Assembly (NCBI GenBank): GCA_964632415.1
Contig: CAZWDM010000008.1
Location: 7,098-71,097, forward strand
DNA length: 64,000 nt
Direction: 5' to 3'
Source of the DNA: an uncultured Dehalococcoidia bacterium
GTDB lineage: Bacteria; Chloroflexota; Dehalococcoidia; Lucifugimonadales; JADFKI01
A model generated the notes under the pieces. The model searched no databases and was not told the origin of the DNA. It worked only from the letters and a program-made list of their open reading frames with translations. This document shows positions 63,396-64,000 of the stretch, piece after piece (positions within the stretch are counted from its first letter, which is position 1; each line of letters begins with the position of its first letter). Made by a program: the position numbers and the translations under genes.

Positions 63396-63740
63396 TTGAG
63401 GAACCCACATCGGCGAGGCCGCCGTGCCCGCGCAAGGCGGCCATACCTTCGTGGCGATCGGTGGGTGAAGACCGGCGGCACGGTGCAGTCCAGGCGGCAG
63501 GCACTCAGGGAGAAGAGCTGTCTGGGCAAGAAGACATTCCGCAGTTTCTCGGAGGCCGCCGCCGTCATCAAGGAGCACCGGGCCCGCTACGTCCTGGCCG
63601 AGACGGGCGAACTGAACATATACAGGTGTCCATTCGGGAAGCACCTGCATATCGGACATAACTGGCCACTCAAACACTTGGAGGAACTGGTTCAGGACTT
63701 CCCGATGGAAGTGATTGAGCAGGCAGGGGGTCGCGAATGA
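63396..63740 (+). CDS. Small basic protein with a C-terminal Cys/His knuckle
   Basis: SCLGKKTFRSFSEAAAVIKEH...IYRCPFGKHLHIGH. The true start is probably internal. Confidence 0.35.
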   Translation: MRNPHRRGRRARARRPYLRGDRWVKTGGTVQSRRQALREKSCLGKKTFRSFSEAAAVIKEHRARYVLAETGELNIYRCPFGKHLHIGHNWPLKHLEELVQDFPMEVIEQAGGRE

Positions 63741-64000
63741 AAGCTACGCTGGGCATACTGCTCCCGGTCGCCATGATGGTATCGTTCACCGTGCTGCTTA
63801 CGGGCTGGGTGCTCGTACTCCTGCATAATCCCGAGGCTTCGACACTGGAGGTCGCGACCGAGCTCGCCACGCAGCCAAGAGAAACCTTCAAGAGAGGTGT
63901 GCCGGTGTTACCTGACCCACCTGAATCCTCCCCAACCCCCGCACCTCTACTGGCAAGCACGGTTTTGGTGCTCGCCGGATTTGTAGGAATGGTCTGGTTC
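63737..64000 (+). CDS. Membrane protein, partial (runs off window end)
   Basis: The ATG at 63737 overlaps the upstream stop. MKATLGILLPVAMMVSFTVLLTGWVLVLL ... LLASTVLVLAGFVGMVWF. Confidence 0.4.
   Translation, partial: MKATLGILLPVAMMVSFTVLLTGWVLVLLHNPEASTLEVATELATQPRETFKRGVPVLPDPPESSPTPAPLLASTVLVLAGFVGMVWF

Overview
This 64-kb, high-GC window reads as a mobile replicon, either a large conjugative plasmid or an integrated conjugative element, not core chromosome. All functional calls come from reading motifs in the translations and repeats in the DNA; no database search was possible. Left part (1-12.9 kb, mostly minus strand): a partial HNH restriction-type nuclease; a 1736-aa exonuclease-RecQ-UvrD triple-fusion helicase; decayed IS and restriction-modification fragments; a replication module (Toprim primase-like protein, AAA_25/RepA-like ATPase, a 420-aa orphan, nine 22-bp iterons); and a DUF4143 ATPase. 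Middle part (13-30 kb): ParA plus a small RHH partner flanked by TAG(T/C)GGTA repeats; a Cre-like tyrosine recombinase preceded by a 15-6-15 inverted repeat; a tandem-MazF toxin locus; McrBC; a TPR / pRiA4-ORF3-like pair; HU; a Cas4-like nuclease; a SIMPL protein; an XRE regulator; and a tRNA-Val 3' half that looks like an att scar. Right part (30.6-64 kb): one uninterrupted plus-strand gene array. It holds a VirB4-like ATPase, a type IV coupling protein, a giant VirB6/TrbL-like membrane protein, a PrgI/VirB3-like fusion and a replication-relaxation family protein. It also holds four VirB2/TrbC-like pilin candidates, two of them in a tandem duplication with divergent Cys-bounded C-termini, plus many orphan secreted or lipoprotein genes. 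The most interesting candidates are this divergent T4SS-like locus with its diversified pilin paralogs, and the helicase-exonuclease plus HNH gene pair at the left edge.
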